Positions 1 through 9,735 of a stretch of DNA of 58,215 nucleotides are shown in pieces. The notes beneath the pieces were generated by a model, which had not been told where the DNA came from, did no database searches, and saw nothing but the letters and a program-made list of their open reading frames with translations. The translations under genes and the position numbers were made by a program. Numbering within the stretch: the first letter of the stretch is position 1; each line of letters begins with the position of its first letter. The stretch is taken from IMG/VR virus record IMGVR_UViG_3300042869_000303, positions 1 through 58,215 of that record; one strand, given 5' to 3'. The stretch is from a virus (Duplodnaviria; Caudoviricetes).

Positions 1-59
1 TCAAAATAATAAGTTGTAATGAACTATCCGGAAATTCCGAACAGTTAAAAGAAAAAACT

Positions 60-623
60 ATGAAAAGTAAATTAAACGGTTGTGGTTTTACACTTGCAAC
101 ATCAATAGTATTATGGGTTGTAATTATTGCTTTGCTTGCATCCTGCAAAACATCCGAGCAGTTGTATAACAAGGCAAAGGAAAAGCCGAATGGAGAGACA
201 AAGGTGGCAGAGTTAGCCCGTAAGGACTTTCCCTGCACTACCACTAAGATTGACAGTATAATTACCGTTGATACCCTTTATGATTCAATAGAGGTAGAAT
301 GCGACCCTATTATTAGAACGAGGGTAGATTCTTTTGAAACTGTTGTAGTCAGTAAGGTAAAGGTTCGTGTACCCCGGGAAGTGGTAACGATTCGCACAAC
401 AGAAAAGATTGAAGACAGCGCTAAAATAAAAGTCATGTATGCAGAAATTCAAAAGGCAGCAGCGATGATAGTGGCAGAAAGGAAGCTCACTGAGCAACAA
501 AAGTTGGAGACAGAAAAGGAGCGTAAAGCAAAGAACAAGTGGCGAAAGTGGTGCTTAATAACGTGGGGCATACTAGGTGCCATTGTAGCATTTAGATTGT
601 TGAGGTCGAAAATAGGGTTTTAA
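60..623 (+). CDS. putative unimolecular spanin (lipoprotein with C-terminal TM helix)
   Basis: N-terminal hydrophobic stretch ending in a lipobox LLAS-C (Cys29), beta-rich middle, coiled coil, and C-terminal TM segment (WCLITWGILGAIVAFRLL) flanked by basic residues. Confidence 0.65.
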   Translation: MKSKLNGCGFTLATSIVLWVVIIALLASCKTSEQLYNKAKEKPNGETKVAELARKDFPCTTTKIDSIITVDTLYDSIEVECDPIIRTRVDSFETVVVSKVKVRVPREVVTIRTTEKIEDSAKIKVMYAEIQKAAAMIVAERKLTEQQKLETEKERKAKNKWRKWCLITWGILGAIVAFRLLRSKIGF

Positions 624-641
624 TTATTAAAAAATAAAGAA

Positions 642-893
642 ATGTCAAAAATAAGCACATACACAAATGCGCCGAGTCCAATATCGGGTAGCGATAAGCT
701 GATAGGTACAGAGACGGGTGGTTTGGTTGATAACGCTACGAAGAACTTTACCGTTACGGAGCTACAAACGTTTATCTTTAAAAACGGAAACTCATTGTTA
801 TCGTTCGCAAATAATGCAGCAGCTATTTCAGGAGGGCTTGTAGCAGGCAATATTTATAGGACATCGACAGGAGAAATCAGAATTGTTTTTTAA
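642..893 (+). CDS. small virion protein sharing the N-terminal anchor module of the tail fibre
   Basis: MSKISTY...DKLIG...TKNFTV.EL matches MAKISTY...DKVIG...TKNYTV.DL at 54068. Confidence 0.55.
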   Translation: MSKISTYTNAPSPISGSDKLIGTETGGLVDNATKNFTVTELQTFIFKNGNSLLSFANNAAAISGGLVAGNIYRTSTGEIRIVF

Positions 894-895
894 TT

Positions 896-1123
896 ATGGA
901 CATCAGAAAAATATCGATAGGACCTGACTACAAGGGAGGAGCGATGCATTACATTGTAGGGCAGCGGATTCTTGGCGATAATTATGAGATTCATTTAATA
1001 AAACATATTCCCAACAATAGTTCATATGGGATTTACATAATAAACAGGAAGAGCGAGGTTCTTCTGTGGAAGGAGTTTTTGAGCACAATGCCAATTTCAA
1101 TTGAATTTAATATAGACTACTGA
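896..1123 (+). CDS. hypothetical protein
   Basis: 75-aa ORF closely packed in the operon; TGATG coupling to the next gene. Confidence 0.7.
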   Translation: MDIRKISIGPDYKGGAMHYIVGQRILGDNYEIHLIKHIPNNSSYGIYIINRKSEVLLWKEFLSTMPISIEFNIDY

Positions 1124-1686
1124 TGCGTTCACCATTCTACTTCATAGTAAAGCCATTGAAGGGAAAGAGGTACGATAACACAAAAGACATAGCCGGTACA
1201 GAACTAATAGTAAGTACCTCTGAGGAGGACCACAAGTTCTCAAACAGGCAGGCTGAGGTTATCAATCTCCCCTTGGGTTACAAAGGACCAATTGCACCGG
1301 GCGATATACTGCTTGTGCATCATAATGCGTTCAAGTTCTACAACGACATAAAGGGTCGTTTAAGGAGCGGAAAGAGTTTTTTTAAGGATGACCTGTTCTT
1401 TATAGAGACGGAGCAGTTCTTCTTATACAAGAAGGGTTCCACATGGAACGCTTACGACAGGTATTGTTTTGTAAAGCCATTGCCTGCAATTGACTGCTAC
1501 ATAAAGAAGCCCTTTACCGAGGAACCGTTGATGGGCACCATGGTATATCCAAACGAGTACTTGATAAGCAAGGGTATAAACAGTGGTGATACGGTGTGTT
1601 TTTCACCTGACAGTGAGTATGAGTTTACGGTTGATGAGCAAAAATTGTACAGAATATACGACCATCAAATAACAATGAAGCTATGA
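1123..1686 (+). CDS. tandem two-domain GroES/Cpn10-like protein
   Basis: Two GroES-like patterns: YFIVKP...AEVINLP...IAPGDILLVH and YCFVKP...GTMVYP...INSGDTVCFSPDSEYEFTVDEQKLYRIYDHQI. Confidence 0.6.
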   Translation: MRSPFYFIVKPLKGKRYDNTKDIAGTELIVSTSEEDHKFSNRQAEVINLPLGYKGPIAPGDILLVHHNAFKFYNDIKGRLRSGKSFFKDDLFFIETEQFFLYKKGSTWNAYDRYCFVKPLPAIDCYIKKPFTEEPLMGTMVYPNEYLISKGINSGDTVCFSPDSEYEFTVDEQKLYRIYDHQITMKL

Positions 1687-2174
1687 TTTTATTTACAATA
1701 GACGATGCATTGTCAAACCCTAGTAAATATGCTGCCAATGTTCTTGTTGGGGAGTTTGGAGACTTTCCTGATGGGGACAAGGTTTTTAAAAATATACAAC
1801 CAAGGGATAATGATGAGGCGGCTGATTTGATATTAAGATTGTTCCCTGAATATTCTATCGGATATAACTTTGTAAGGAAGTCTCCATTGGGTCAGATTGA
1901 GCCAAACTTTATACATAAGGATGATATGATGGGAGATATAACCTGCATACTCTACCTTAATGAAACGCATCCTAAAGAAGACGGAACTACAATATACGAT
2001 GACGAAGAACTTCCTGTATGCAAGGTTTATGCTAAATTTAATCGCTTAGTTGCATTTGAGTCTAATCTATTGCATTCGAGAAATATATTTGAAAACTTTG
2101 GAGAAGAAGATGATGCGAGACTTATTCAAGTTATATTTTTAAAAAAAAATAATGAGCAAGGAGACAAAGCTTAG
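1683..2174 (+). CDS. 2OG-Fe(II) oxygenase (prolyl-hydroxylase-like)
   Basis: HKD...ILYLN...GGT-like DGTTIY...FNRLVAF...H...R: HxD...H triad plus distal Arg. Confidence 0.8.
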   Translation: MILFTIDDALSNPSKYAANVLVGEFGDFPDGDKVFKNIQPRDNDEAADLILRLFPEYSIGYNFVRKSPLGQIEPNFIHKDDMMGDITCILYLNETHPKEDGTTIYDDEELPVCKVYAKFNRLVAFESNLLHSRNIFENFGEEDDARLIQVIFLKKNNEQGDKA

Positions 2175-2433
2175 AATAATAGCGGCAGGTCATCGTGCAG
2201 TTGACGAGCTGATTAAGGTTGCCGAAGAGTCAATTTTAAAGCATGGTGAGGACGAAGAAGACCTGTCTGCCGACAAGTTAAAGAATGCTGCAGCTACAAA
2301 AAAGTTGGCAATCTTTGATGCGTTTGAAATCCTAAGCAGGATTGAACAAGAACGAGAAAATATAGATTCTATTGATAAAGGAGAAAGCAAAACAGACTCA
2401 AAGCAAGGGTTTGCGGAAAGAAGGTCTAGATAG
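2152..2433 (+). CDS. putative terminase small subunit
   Basis: Small helical protein overlapping the 5' end of the terminase large subunit gene; call is positional. Confidence 0.45.
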   Translation: MSKETKLRIIAAGHRAVDELIKVAEESILKHGEDEEDLSADKLKNAAATKKLAIFDAFEILSRIEQERENIDSIDKGESKTDSKQGFAERRSR

Positions 2434-4660
2434 CGACTTATACCGAGAGTTAGTAGACTATATACCACAAGCTGCCTTGTCTAGAAAGAATAAGAGCAAG
2501 TCTTGGGAATATGGCTATGACGAAAAGTATGACATGGTTGTTATCTCAAAGACCGGGCAAATAGGCAAGATAGTAACCATATCGGGTGTGGTGATTGCTT
2601 TGCCTGCTACTCCCGAAAAGTGCCCTCAAAGACACGCCTCCAAGGCTGAGCAATATTGGGAAAGAGAAGAGCTGAGCAAAGATTTAGCAAGGATTCAGTC
2701 TATATTTCATTGGAACGAAATGCCATCTCAGTTTAAAGATCGTTGGATTGATTATATAGAACAGCAGTTCGAGAACAGAGAACATGGGGTTTGGTTTATG
2801 AACAATGGAGTACCTACCTACATCACCGGGTCCCATTGGATGTACCTGCAGTGGTCAAGTATAGATATTGGCTATCCTGACTTCCGTGAGGCAAATAGAA
2901 TCTTTTATATCTTTTGGGAAGCGTGCAGGGCTGACTACAGGTGCTTTGGGCTAATATACCTTAAGATAAGGCGCTCGGGCTTTTCGTTTATGGCTTCTTC
3001 TGAGTGCGTTAATATAGGCACCCTTGCTAGGGATGCTAGGATTGGCATACTCTCAAAGACCGGTCCTGATGCAAAAAAAATGTTTACAGACAAGGTTGTT
3101 CCAATTAATAGTCGTCTGCCTTTCTTTTTTAAGCCTGTTATGGATGGTATGGATAAGCCGAAGACAGAGTTAGCGTTCCGTCTGCCGGCATCCAAGATTA
3201 CCAAGAAGAACATGTACGACATACAGACCGATGAGATAGATGGTCTAGATACAACTATAGATTGGAAGAATACAGACGATAACTCCTATGATGGAGAAAA
3301 GCTGTTGTTCCTAGCGCATGACGAGAGTGGAAAGTGGACCAAGCCGGTAAACATCAAGGAGAATTGGAGGGTTACGAAGACTTGTTTGCGCTTGGGTAGC
3401 AGGATTATAGGAAAGTGTATGATGGGCTCTACGTCAAATGCCTTATCTAAAGGCGGTCAAAATTTCAAGGATATTTACGAGGACTCTCTTGTGTCTAGAA
3501 GGAATGCAAACGGTCAGACGAAAAGTGGACTGTATTCCTTATTTATTCCCATGGAGTGGAACATGGAGGGATTTATCGATAGGTACGGTATACCGGTGAC
3601 TAGGAAGCAGAAAGAAAAGATACGTGGGATAGACAACGGTTGGGTGTCAAATGGTGCAATTGACTATTGGGAGGCGGAGGTTGACTCCTTAAAAAGTGAT
3701 GCAGATGCATTGAATGAATTTTATCGTCAGTTTCCAAGAACAGAGTCGCATGCATTTAGGGACGAAAGCAAACAAGCGCTATTCAACCTTACCAAGATAT
3801 ATCAGCAGATTGACTACAATGACAGCATGATTAAGGAGCACTTTATTGTGCAGGGGTCCTTCCAATGGAAGGATGGTGTAAAAGACACCTCTGTAGTTTG
3901 GTCTCCAAATAAAAGTGGAAGGTTCTTTGTTAGTTGGTTTCCTCCGAAGCACATGCAGAATAACATTCACACAAGGGGAGGTATAAAGTACCCGGGCAAT
4001 GAGCACCTAGGCTCATTTGGCTGTGACCCATACGATATATCTGCAGTGGTCGATGGTCGAGGCTCAAACGGTGCGCTCCATGGGCTTACAAAATTTCACA
4101 TGGATGAAGCACCTATTAATGAGTTCTTCTTAGAGTATGTTGCTAGACCACAAACAGCAGAGATATTTTTTGAGGAAGTGCTTATGGCGTGTGTATTTTT
4201 TGGGATGCCAATACTGATTGAGAACAACAGGTCAAGGTTGCTATACCATTTTAAGAACAGAGGGTACCGTGGATTCTCATTGAACAGACCCGATAAGCAA
4301 TTTTCAAAGCTGTCAAAAACAGAGAAAGAACTTGGGGGCATACCAAACTCATCAGAAGACGTAAAGCAGTCGCATGCTGCTGCTATTGAGAGCTATGTTG
4401 AGCAGTACGTTGGCTTTGACATGGAGGCTAAGTATAGGGAATCTGACATGATGGGAACAATGCCTTTTACAAGGACGTTAGAGAATTGGGCAAAGTTCGA
4501 CATTAACGATAGAACGAAGTTTGATGCCTCGATAAGTTCGGGGTTGGCAATCATGGCAAATCAGAAGCATATGTACGTTCCTGAAAAAAAAGAGTCAAAA
4601 ATTAGTGTTAGCTTTGCTAGGTATAAACAAGACGGCAACTTAAGTGAATTAATACGATGA
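2372..4660 (+). CDS. terL: terminase large subunit
   Basis: Variant Walker A LKIRRSGFS, Walker B FLAHDESGKW, motif III GST, nuclease GCDPYD and C-terminal KFDASIS; followed by portal. Start codon uncertain. Confidence 0.9.
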   Translation: MIKEKAKQTQSKGLRKEGLDSDLYRELVDYIPQAALSRKNKSKSWEYGYDEKYDMVVISKTGQIGKIVTISGVVIALPATPEKCPQRHASKAEQYWEREELSKDLARIQSIFHWNEMPSQFKDRWIDYIEQQFENREHGVWFMNNGVPTYITGSHWMYLQWSSIDIGYPDFREANRIFYIFWEACRADYRCFGLIYLKIRRSGFSFMASSECVNIGTLARDARIGILSKTGPDAKKMFTDKVVPINSRLPFFFKPVMDGMDKPKTELAFRLPASKITKKNMYDIQTDEIDGLDTTIDWKNTDDNSYDGEKLLFLAHDESGKWTKPVNIKENWRVTKTCLRLGSRIIGKCMMGSTSNALSKGGQNFKDIYEDSLVSRRNANGQTKSGLYSLFIPMEWNMEGFIDRYGIPVTRKQKEKIRGIDNGWVSNGAIDYWEAEVDSLKSDADALNEFYRQFPRTESHAFRDESKQALFNLTKIYQQIDYNDSMIKEHFIVQGSFQWKDGVKDTSVVWSPNKSGRFFVSWFPPKHMQNNIHTRGGIKYPGNEHLGSFGCDPYDISAVVDGRGSNGALHGLTKFHMDEAPINEFFLEYVARPQTAEIFFEEVLMACVFFGMPILIENNRSRLLYHFKNRGYRGFSLNRPDKQFSKLSKTEKELGGIPNSSEDVKQSHAAAIESYVEQYVGFDMEAKYRESDMMGTMPFTRTLENWAKFDINDRTKFDASISSGLAIMANQKHMYVPEKKESKISVSFARYKQDGNLSELIR

Positions 4661-7092
4661 AAAATTTAACAATAGATATAACATCTTCAGTATTTCCTAC
4701 TCAAATGGCTACAGATGCAGAAAAAGCTTCTGACTCTTATGGCTTGCAAGTTGGTCAAGCCATTCAGTACGAATGGTTCAAAAAAGACGGGGTGGGCTGC
4801 AGATATTATACTCAATGGAGAGAATTTCATAGGCTTAGGTTGTATGCAAGAGGAGAGCAGTCTACAAAGAAATACAAAAATGAATTGGCTATTGATGGAG
4901 ATCTTTCTTACTTAAACCTTGATTGGACCATCGTCCCTATTTTGCCAAAGTTTATTGACATTGTTGTTAATGGAATGTCTGAGCGATTGTTCAAAGTAAA
5001 GGCTTATTCTCAGGACGCTATTTCTCAGGGCAGAAGGAATGAGTACCAAAATATGGTTGAGACTCAGATGGCAGGAAAGGAGATACTAGAGAAGATACAA
5101 GAGAAGGCAGGAGTAGACCCATTTATGATGGCTCCTGAGAAGCTTCCATCGAATGACGAAGAGCTTCAGTTGCACATGCAGATTGCATACAAAACATCGA
5201 TAGAGATTGCGGAGGAAGAGGCGATAAATACAATTTTTGATACAAACAAGTATGACGAGATAAGAAGAAGGCTTGACTATGACTCTACCGTTGTTGGTAT
5301 TGGTGTAGCAAAGCATGAGTTTCTTCCCGGGGCAGGTGTTAAGATTTCGTATGTAGACCCTGCAAACGTTGTTTACAGCTATACAGAAGATCCTTATTTT
5401 AGGGATTGTTTCTATTGGGGTGAGATTAAGACGCTGCCTTTAACGGAGCTGTACAAGATAGACCCAACATTAACTTCTGAAGATGTAAACGAAATATCTC
5501 AGTACAGTCAGTCTTGGTATGATTATTATAATGTTGCTCAGATTTATCAAAATGACATGTTCTATAGGGACACATGCACATTGATGTACTTTAATTATAA
5601 GACAACCAAGAAGGTTGTTTACAAAAAGAAGGTTCTTGATAACGGTGGCGTTAGGGTGATTCAAAAAGATGACACGTTCAATCCGCCTACAGAGATGATG
5701 GAGGAGGGTAATTTTGAGAAGATAGAGAAGACTATTGACGTTTGGTATGATGGTATCATGGTAATGGGAACCAATATCTTGTTGAAGTGGGAACTTTCTG
5801 AGAACATGGTACGTCCTAAATCAGCAAGTCAGTATGCTATACCAAACTATGTAGCCTGTGCGCCAAGGATGTACAAGGGGGTTATAGAGTCATTGCTTAG
5901 AAGGATGATACCTTTTGCTGACCTTATACAGATCACGCATTTGAAGCTGCAGCAGGTAATCAACAGGATAGTTCCTGACGGTGTTTTTATAGATGCAGAT
6001 GGTCTTAATGAGGTTGACTTGGGCACCGGTAATGCGTATAATCCTGAAGACGCTTTAAGGTTGTATTTCCAAACGGGTAGTGTGATAGGAAGAAGTCTTA
6101 CGAGTGACGGTGATTTTAACAATGCAAGGGTTCCAATTACTCAGCTTACGTCTAACTCGGGCACTGCTAAGACTCAGATGTTACTTGCTAATTATAACCA
6201 CTACTTAAACATGATTCGGTCTGTAACAGGGCTGAATGAGGCAAGAGATGGTTCTACTCCTGACCCTAACTCATTGGTTGGTGTTCAGAAGTTAGCAGCG
6301 TTGAACTCAAATACGGCAACAAGACATATCCTTGAGAGTGGGTTGTTTATATACAAGACCTTAGCAGAGGCTATAACTTATAGAGTATCTGATATTTTAG
6401 AGTATGCAGATTTCAAAGAAGAGTTTATAAACCAAATCGGAAAGTACAACGTTGGTATTTTGGAAGAAATATCTGAGTTGTATTTGTATGACTTTGCTAT
6501 TTTTATAGAAGTTGCGCCTGACGAAGAGCAGAAGGCTCAGCTTGAGGCTAACATCCAAATGGCTTTGTCTAAGGGTGACATCAATCTTGAGGATGCTATT
6601 GACATTCGTGAGATAAGAAACTTGAAGATTGCCAATCAGTTGCTCAAGCTCAAGAGGGTTAAGAAGGAAGAGCGAGAGGAGAAGATGGAAATGCAGAAGC
6701 AGGCGATGATTTCTCAGCAGCAATTAAAGTCTCAAGAGATGGCAGGTCAAGTTGCTATGCAGAAGCTACAGACTGAGGCTCAGACTAAGATGCAAGTAAT
6801 ACAGATGCAGGGTCAAATAGACACTCAGATATTGCAGCAAGAGGCTCAGTTAAAGATAATGCTAATGGACAAAGAGTTCCAATATAATCTTCAGTTGGCT
6901 GATATGAACAATGGAACTACATCTCAGAGAGAACAAATGAAAGAAGACTCTAAGTCTAAAAGGATTAGTCAACAAAATTCAGAGCAATCGAAATTGATTA
7001 ATCAGCGAAAGAACAACTTGCCACCTTTGAACTTTGAGTCTAACGAGGATAGTTTAGACGGATTCGATATGGCTGAGTTTGAGCCTCGTTAA
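4657..7092 (+). CDS. portal protein
   Basis: 811 aa directly after terL; LNLDWTIVPILPKFIDIVVNG motif; Gln-rich C-terminal coiled coil as in podovirus portals. Confidence 0.85.
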   Translation: MKNLTIDITSSVFPTQMATDAEKASDSYGLQVGQAIQYEWFKKDGVGCRYYTQWREFHRLRLYARGEQSTKKYKNELAIDGDLSYLNLDWTIVPILPKFIDIVVNGMSERLFKVKAYSQDAISQGRRNEYQNMVETQMAGKEILEKIQEKAGVDPFMMAPEKLPSNDEELQLHMQIAYKTSIEIAEEEAINTIFDTNKYDEIRRRLDYDSTVVGIGVAKHEFLPGAGVKISYVDPANVVYSYTEDPYFRDCFYWGEIKTLPLTELYKIDPTLTSEDVNEISQYSQSWYDYYNVAQIYQNDMFYRDTCTLMYFNYKTTKKVVYKKKVLDNGGVRVIQKDDTFNPPTEMMEEGNFEKIEKTIDVWYDGIMVMGTNILLKWELSENMVRPKSASQYAIPNYVACAPRMYKGVIESLLRRMIPFADLIQITHLKLQQVINRIVPDGVFIDADGLNEVDLGTGNAYNPEDALRLYFQTGSVIGRSLTSDGDFNNARVPITQLTSNSGTAKTQMLLANYNHYLNMIRSVTGLNEARDGSTPDPNSLVGVQKLAALNSNTATRHILESGLFIYKTLAEAITYRVSDILEYADFKEEFINQIGKYNVGILEEISELYLYDFAIFIEVAPDEEQKAQLEANIQMALSKGDINLEDAIDIREIRNLKIANQLLKLKRVKKEEREEKMEMQKQAMISQQQLKSQEMAGQVAMQKLQTEAQTKMQVIQMQGQIDTQILQQEAQLKIMLMDKEFQYNLQLADMNNGTTSQREQMKEDSKSKRISQQNSEQSKLINQRKNNLPPLNFESNEDSLDGFDMAEFEPR

Positions 7093-7111
7093 AAATATCA
7101 TATAAATCATC

Positions 7112-7119
7112 TATTTTTG
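7112..7119 (+). promoter_or_regulatory. Bacteroidota-type -7 promoter box (TATTTTTG)
   Basis: Matches TAnnTTTG in the intergenic gap before scaffold and capsid genes. Confidence 0.55.
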
Positions 7120-7139
7120 TATAATTAAAATCAAATCAA

Positions 7140-8219
7140 ATGGACATTAAAGTTAGATTATTAGACGGAAATGAAGAGAAGGGTGTAGCGCAGATAGAGC
7201 AAGAGCTACTTGAAAAGCATGAAAATGAATTAAATCATCAGACGGGTGGTGAAGAGGTTGTAGTAGATGAAGTTGCTACTGCAGAGGATCTAAGAGAAGA
7301 AGATGTTCTTTCCTATATTGGTAAAAGATACAATAAGCAAATCAATTCGTTTGACGAGTTGATGGCTGAGAGAAGAGAGACCGAGGATCTTCCTGAAGAC
7401 GTTGCGTCTTTCTTGAAGTATAAAAAAGAGACCGGGAGAGGTTTTGACGACTTTGTAAAGTTGAAGAAAGACTTTGATACCATGGATTCTGAGGAGCTTG
7501 TAAAAGAGTACTTACTTGCCACTCAGGAAGGTCTTGACAAGGAAGATATTGAGAACTTAATGGAGGACTACAATTACGATGAAGACATCGATGATGAGTC
7601 TAAAATCAAGAAAATCAAAATCGAAAGAAAAAAGGTTATAAATGAAGCGAAGAAATACTTCAATTCTCAAAAAGAAAAGTACAAACTACCTCTTGAGTCA
7701 AGTACGGTAGGACTTTCCAAAGATGAGGAAGAAGAGTTTCAAACGTTTCGTGAGTATACAAAACAGGCAAGAACAATAGAAGAGGAGAACAATCGTAAGC
7801 GTCAATGGTTTGACCAAAAGACAAGTGAAGTTTTTGACAAAGGATTCAAAGGTTTTGAGTTTGATGTCAACAATAAAAAAATTACGTTTAATCCCGGAGA
7901 TGCCGCTGAGTTGAAAAGGAATCAGTCTACACCACAGAACTTTATCAATAAGTTTTTGGATGAGTCGGGTTTAATGAAAGATGCAGCAGGCTATCATAGG
8001 TCTTTGTCTATTGCAATGAATCCCGAAAAGTTTGCAAAGTTCTTTTATGAACAAGGACAAGCAGACGCTACTGAAGGCACGATGAAGAACATAAAGAACA
8101 TCAATATGTCTGAGAGAAGAGCCACAGAGGTAGCGAAGAGTACGGAAGGCATGCAAGTAAAAGCAATCAACCCGGATTCGGGGAAAGGCTTAAAAATTAG
8201 GAGTATAAAACGTATTTAA
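7140..8219 (+). CDS. capsid scaffolding protein
   Basis: Acidic helical protein with basic C-terminal tail, between portal and capsid genes. Confidence 0.7.
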   Translation: MDIKVRLLDGNEEKGVAQIEQELLEKHENELNHQTGGEEVVVDEVATAEDLREEDVLSYIGKRYNKQINSFDELMAERRETEDLPEDVASFLKYKKETGRGFDDFVKLKKDFDTMDSEELVKEYLLATQEGLDKEDIENLMEDYNYDEDIDDESKIKKIKIERKKVINEAKKYFNSQKEKYKLPLESSTVGLSKDEEEEFQTFREYTKQARTIEEENNRKRQWFDQKTSEVFDKGFKGFEFDVNNKKITFNPGDAAELKRNQSTPQNFINKFLDESGLMKDAAGYHRSLSIAMNPEKFAKFFYEQGQADATEGTMKNIKNINMSERRATEVAKSTEGMQVKAINPDSGKGLKIRSIKRI

Positions 8220-8241
8220 AAACATTTAAAAATTAAAAAAA

Positions 8242-9660
8242 ATGGCAAGTGCATTATTAAGTAGCCCTACCTTTGCGCTGCAACCGGCAGCAGAACAGGT
8301 GGCGTTACAAACAAATTACATCACCAACTTCAACTTCTTGAATCAGTATCTCCCTGATACTTATGAGAAAGAATTTGAGCGTTATGGTAATCGTACTGTA
8401 GCTTCCTTCCTACGTATGGTTGGAGCAGAACTTCCTTCTAACTCTGACCAAGTAAAGTGGGCAGAACAAGGTCGTTTACACATCAAATACACAAGTGTAA
8501 CATCAGGAGCTGCTATTAACTCAGCTACTGCAACACTTACCGTTGCTGATACAGGAGTAACATACATCGCTGTTCGTGTAGGACAGACTGTTATGATTCA
8601 GAACAATGCTTCAGGTGTTTTCAACAAAGGAATCGTTACTGCAGTTCCTTCTGCAACAACTTTCACAGTAGCTTACTACGAGACTGCAGGTCAGTCTTTC
8701 GCTGTATCTACTGCTTGTACAGTATTCATTTACGGTTCTGAGTTTAAAAAAGGTACTAACGGAATGGTTGGTTCTTTGGAAGCAGAAGATAGTTTCTTCT
8801 CAAACTCTCCAATCATCATCAAAGACAAGTATGCTGTTAATGGTTCTGACATGGCTCAAATTGGTTGGGTTGAGGTTACTACCGAGAATGGCGCTACAGG
8901 GTACTTATGGTACTTGAAGTCTGAGCATGAGACTCGTCTTCGTTTTGAAGATTACTTGGAAACCGCAATGATTGAAGCTGTTCCTGCTGCTGCAAGTTCA
9001 GGAGCATTGGCTGCAGGCTTTAAGGGTTCTGAAGGTATTTTCTACGTTGTTAATGACCGTGGTAACGTTTGGGGTGGTGGTACTCCTACATCGTTGAGCG
9101 ATTGGGATTCTATCGTTTCTCGCTTGGACAAGCAAGGTGCTATCGAAGAGAACGTTGTATTTGTAAACCGTGGTTTGAGCTTTGACATAGATAATATGTT
9201 GGCTACATTGAACGGTTACACTTCAGGCGGTGTTGCTCAGTCTGCATCTTTTGGTTTGTTCGACAATGACATCAACATGGCGTTGAACTTGGGCTTCACA
9301 GGTTTCCGTAGAGGTTACGATTTCTACAAGTCTGATTGGAAGTACTTGAACGACCCAACCATGCGTGGTGGTCTTAGTACTACTGCTGCTACTGCAACAG
9401 GTACTATTACCGGTTTGCTTGTTCCTGCAGGTTCTACCTCTGTGTATGACCAAATCATGGGCAAGAATGCTAAGCGTCCTTTCTTACACGTTCGCTATCG
9501 TGCTTCTGAAGCCGAAGACAGACGTTACAAGACTTGGATTACAGGTTCTGCCGGTGGTGCTCAAACAAGTGACTTGGATGCAATGGAGGTTAACTTCCTT
9601 TCTGAGCGTTGCGTATGTACGCTTGGTGCAAACAACTTCTTGTTGTTCCGTTATGGATAA
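8242..9660 (+). CDS. major capsid protein
   Basis: 472 aa after scaffold, strong codon bias, followed by a terminator; WAEQGRLH and LGFTGFRRGYDFYK motifs. Confidence 0.85.
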   Translation: MASALLSSPTFALQPAAEQVALQTNYITNFNFLNQYLPDTYEKEFERYGNRTVASFLRMVGAELPSNSDQVKWAEQGRLHIKYTSVTSGAAINSATATLTVADTGVTYIAVRVGQTVMIQNNASGVFNKGIVTAVPSATTFTVAYYETAGQSFAVSTACTVFIYGSEFKKGTNGMVGSLEAEDSFFSNSPIIIKDKYAVNGSDMAQIGWVEVTTENGATGYLWYLKSEHETRLRFEDYLETAMIEAVPAAASSGALAAGFKGSEGIFYVVNDRGNVWGGGTPTSLSDWDSIVSRLDKQGAIEENVVFVNRGLSFDIDNMLATLNGYTSGGVAQSASFGLFDNDINMALNLGFTGFRRGYDFYKSDWKYLNDPTMRGGLSTTAATATGTITGLLVPAGSTSVYDQIMGKNAKRPFLHVRYRASEAEDRRYKTWITGSAGGAQTSDLDAMEVNFLSERCVCTLGANNFLLFRYG

Positions 9661-9675
9661 TTGAAGTAACAATAT

Positions 9676-9705
9676 AGAGAGTGTCTTTAATGGCACTCTC
9701 TTTTT
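9676..9705 (+). terminator. Rho-independent terminator
   Basis: AGAGAGTGTC-TTTAAT-GGCACTCTCT followed by a T run. Confidence 0.85.
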
Positions 9706-9735
9706 ATATTTTTAAATCAAATCAAATTTTATAAA

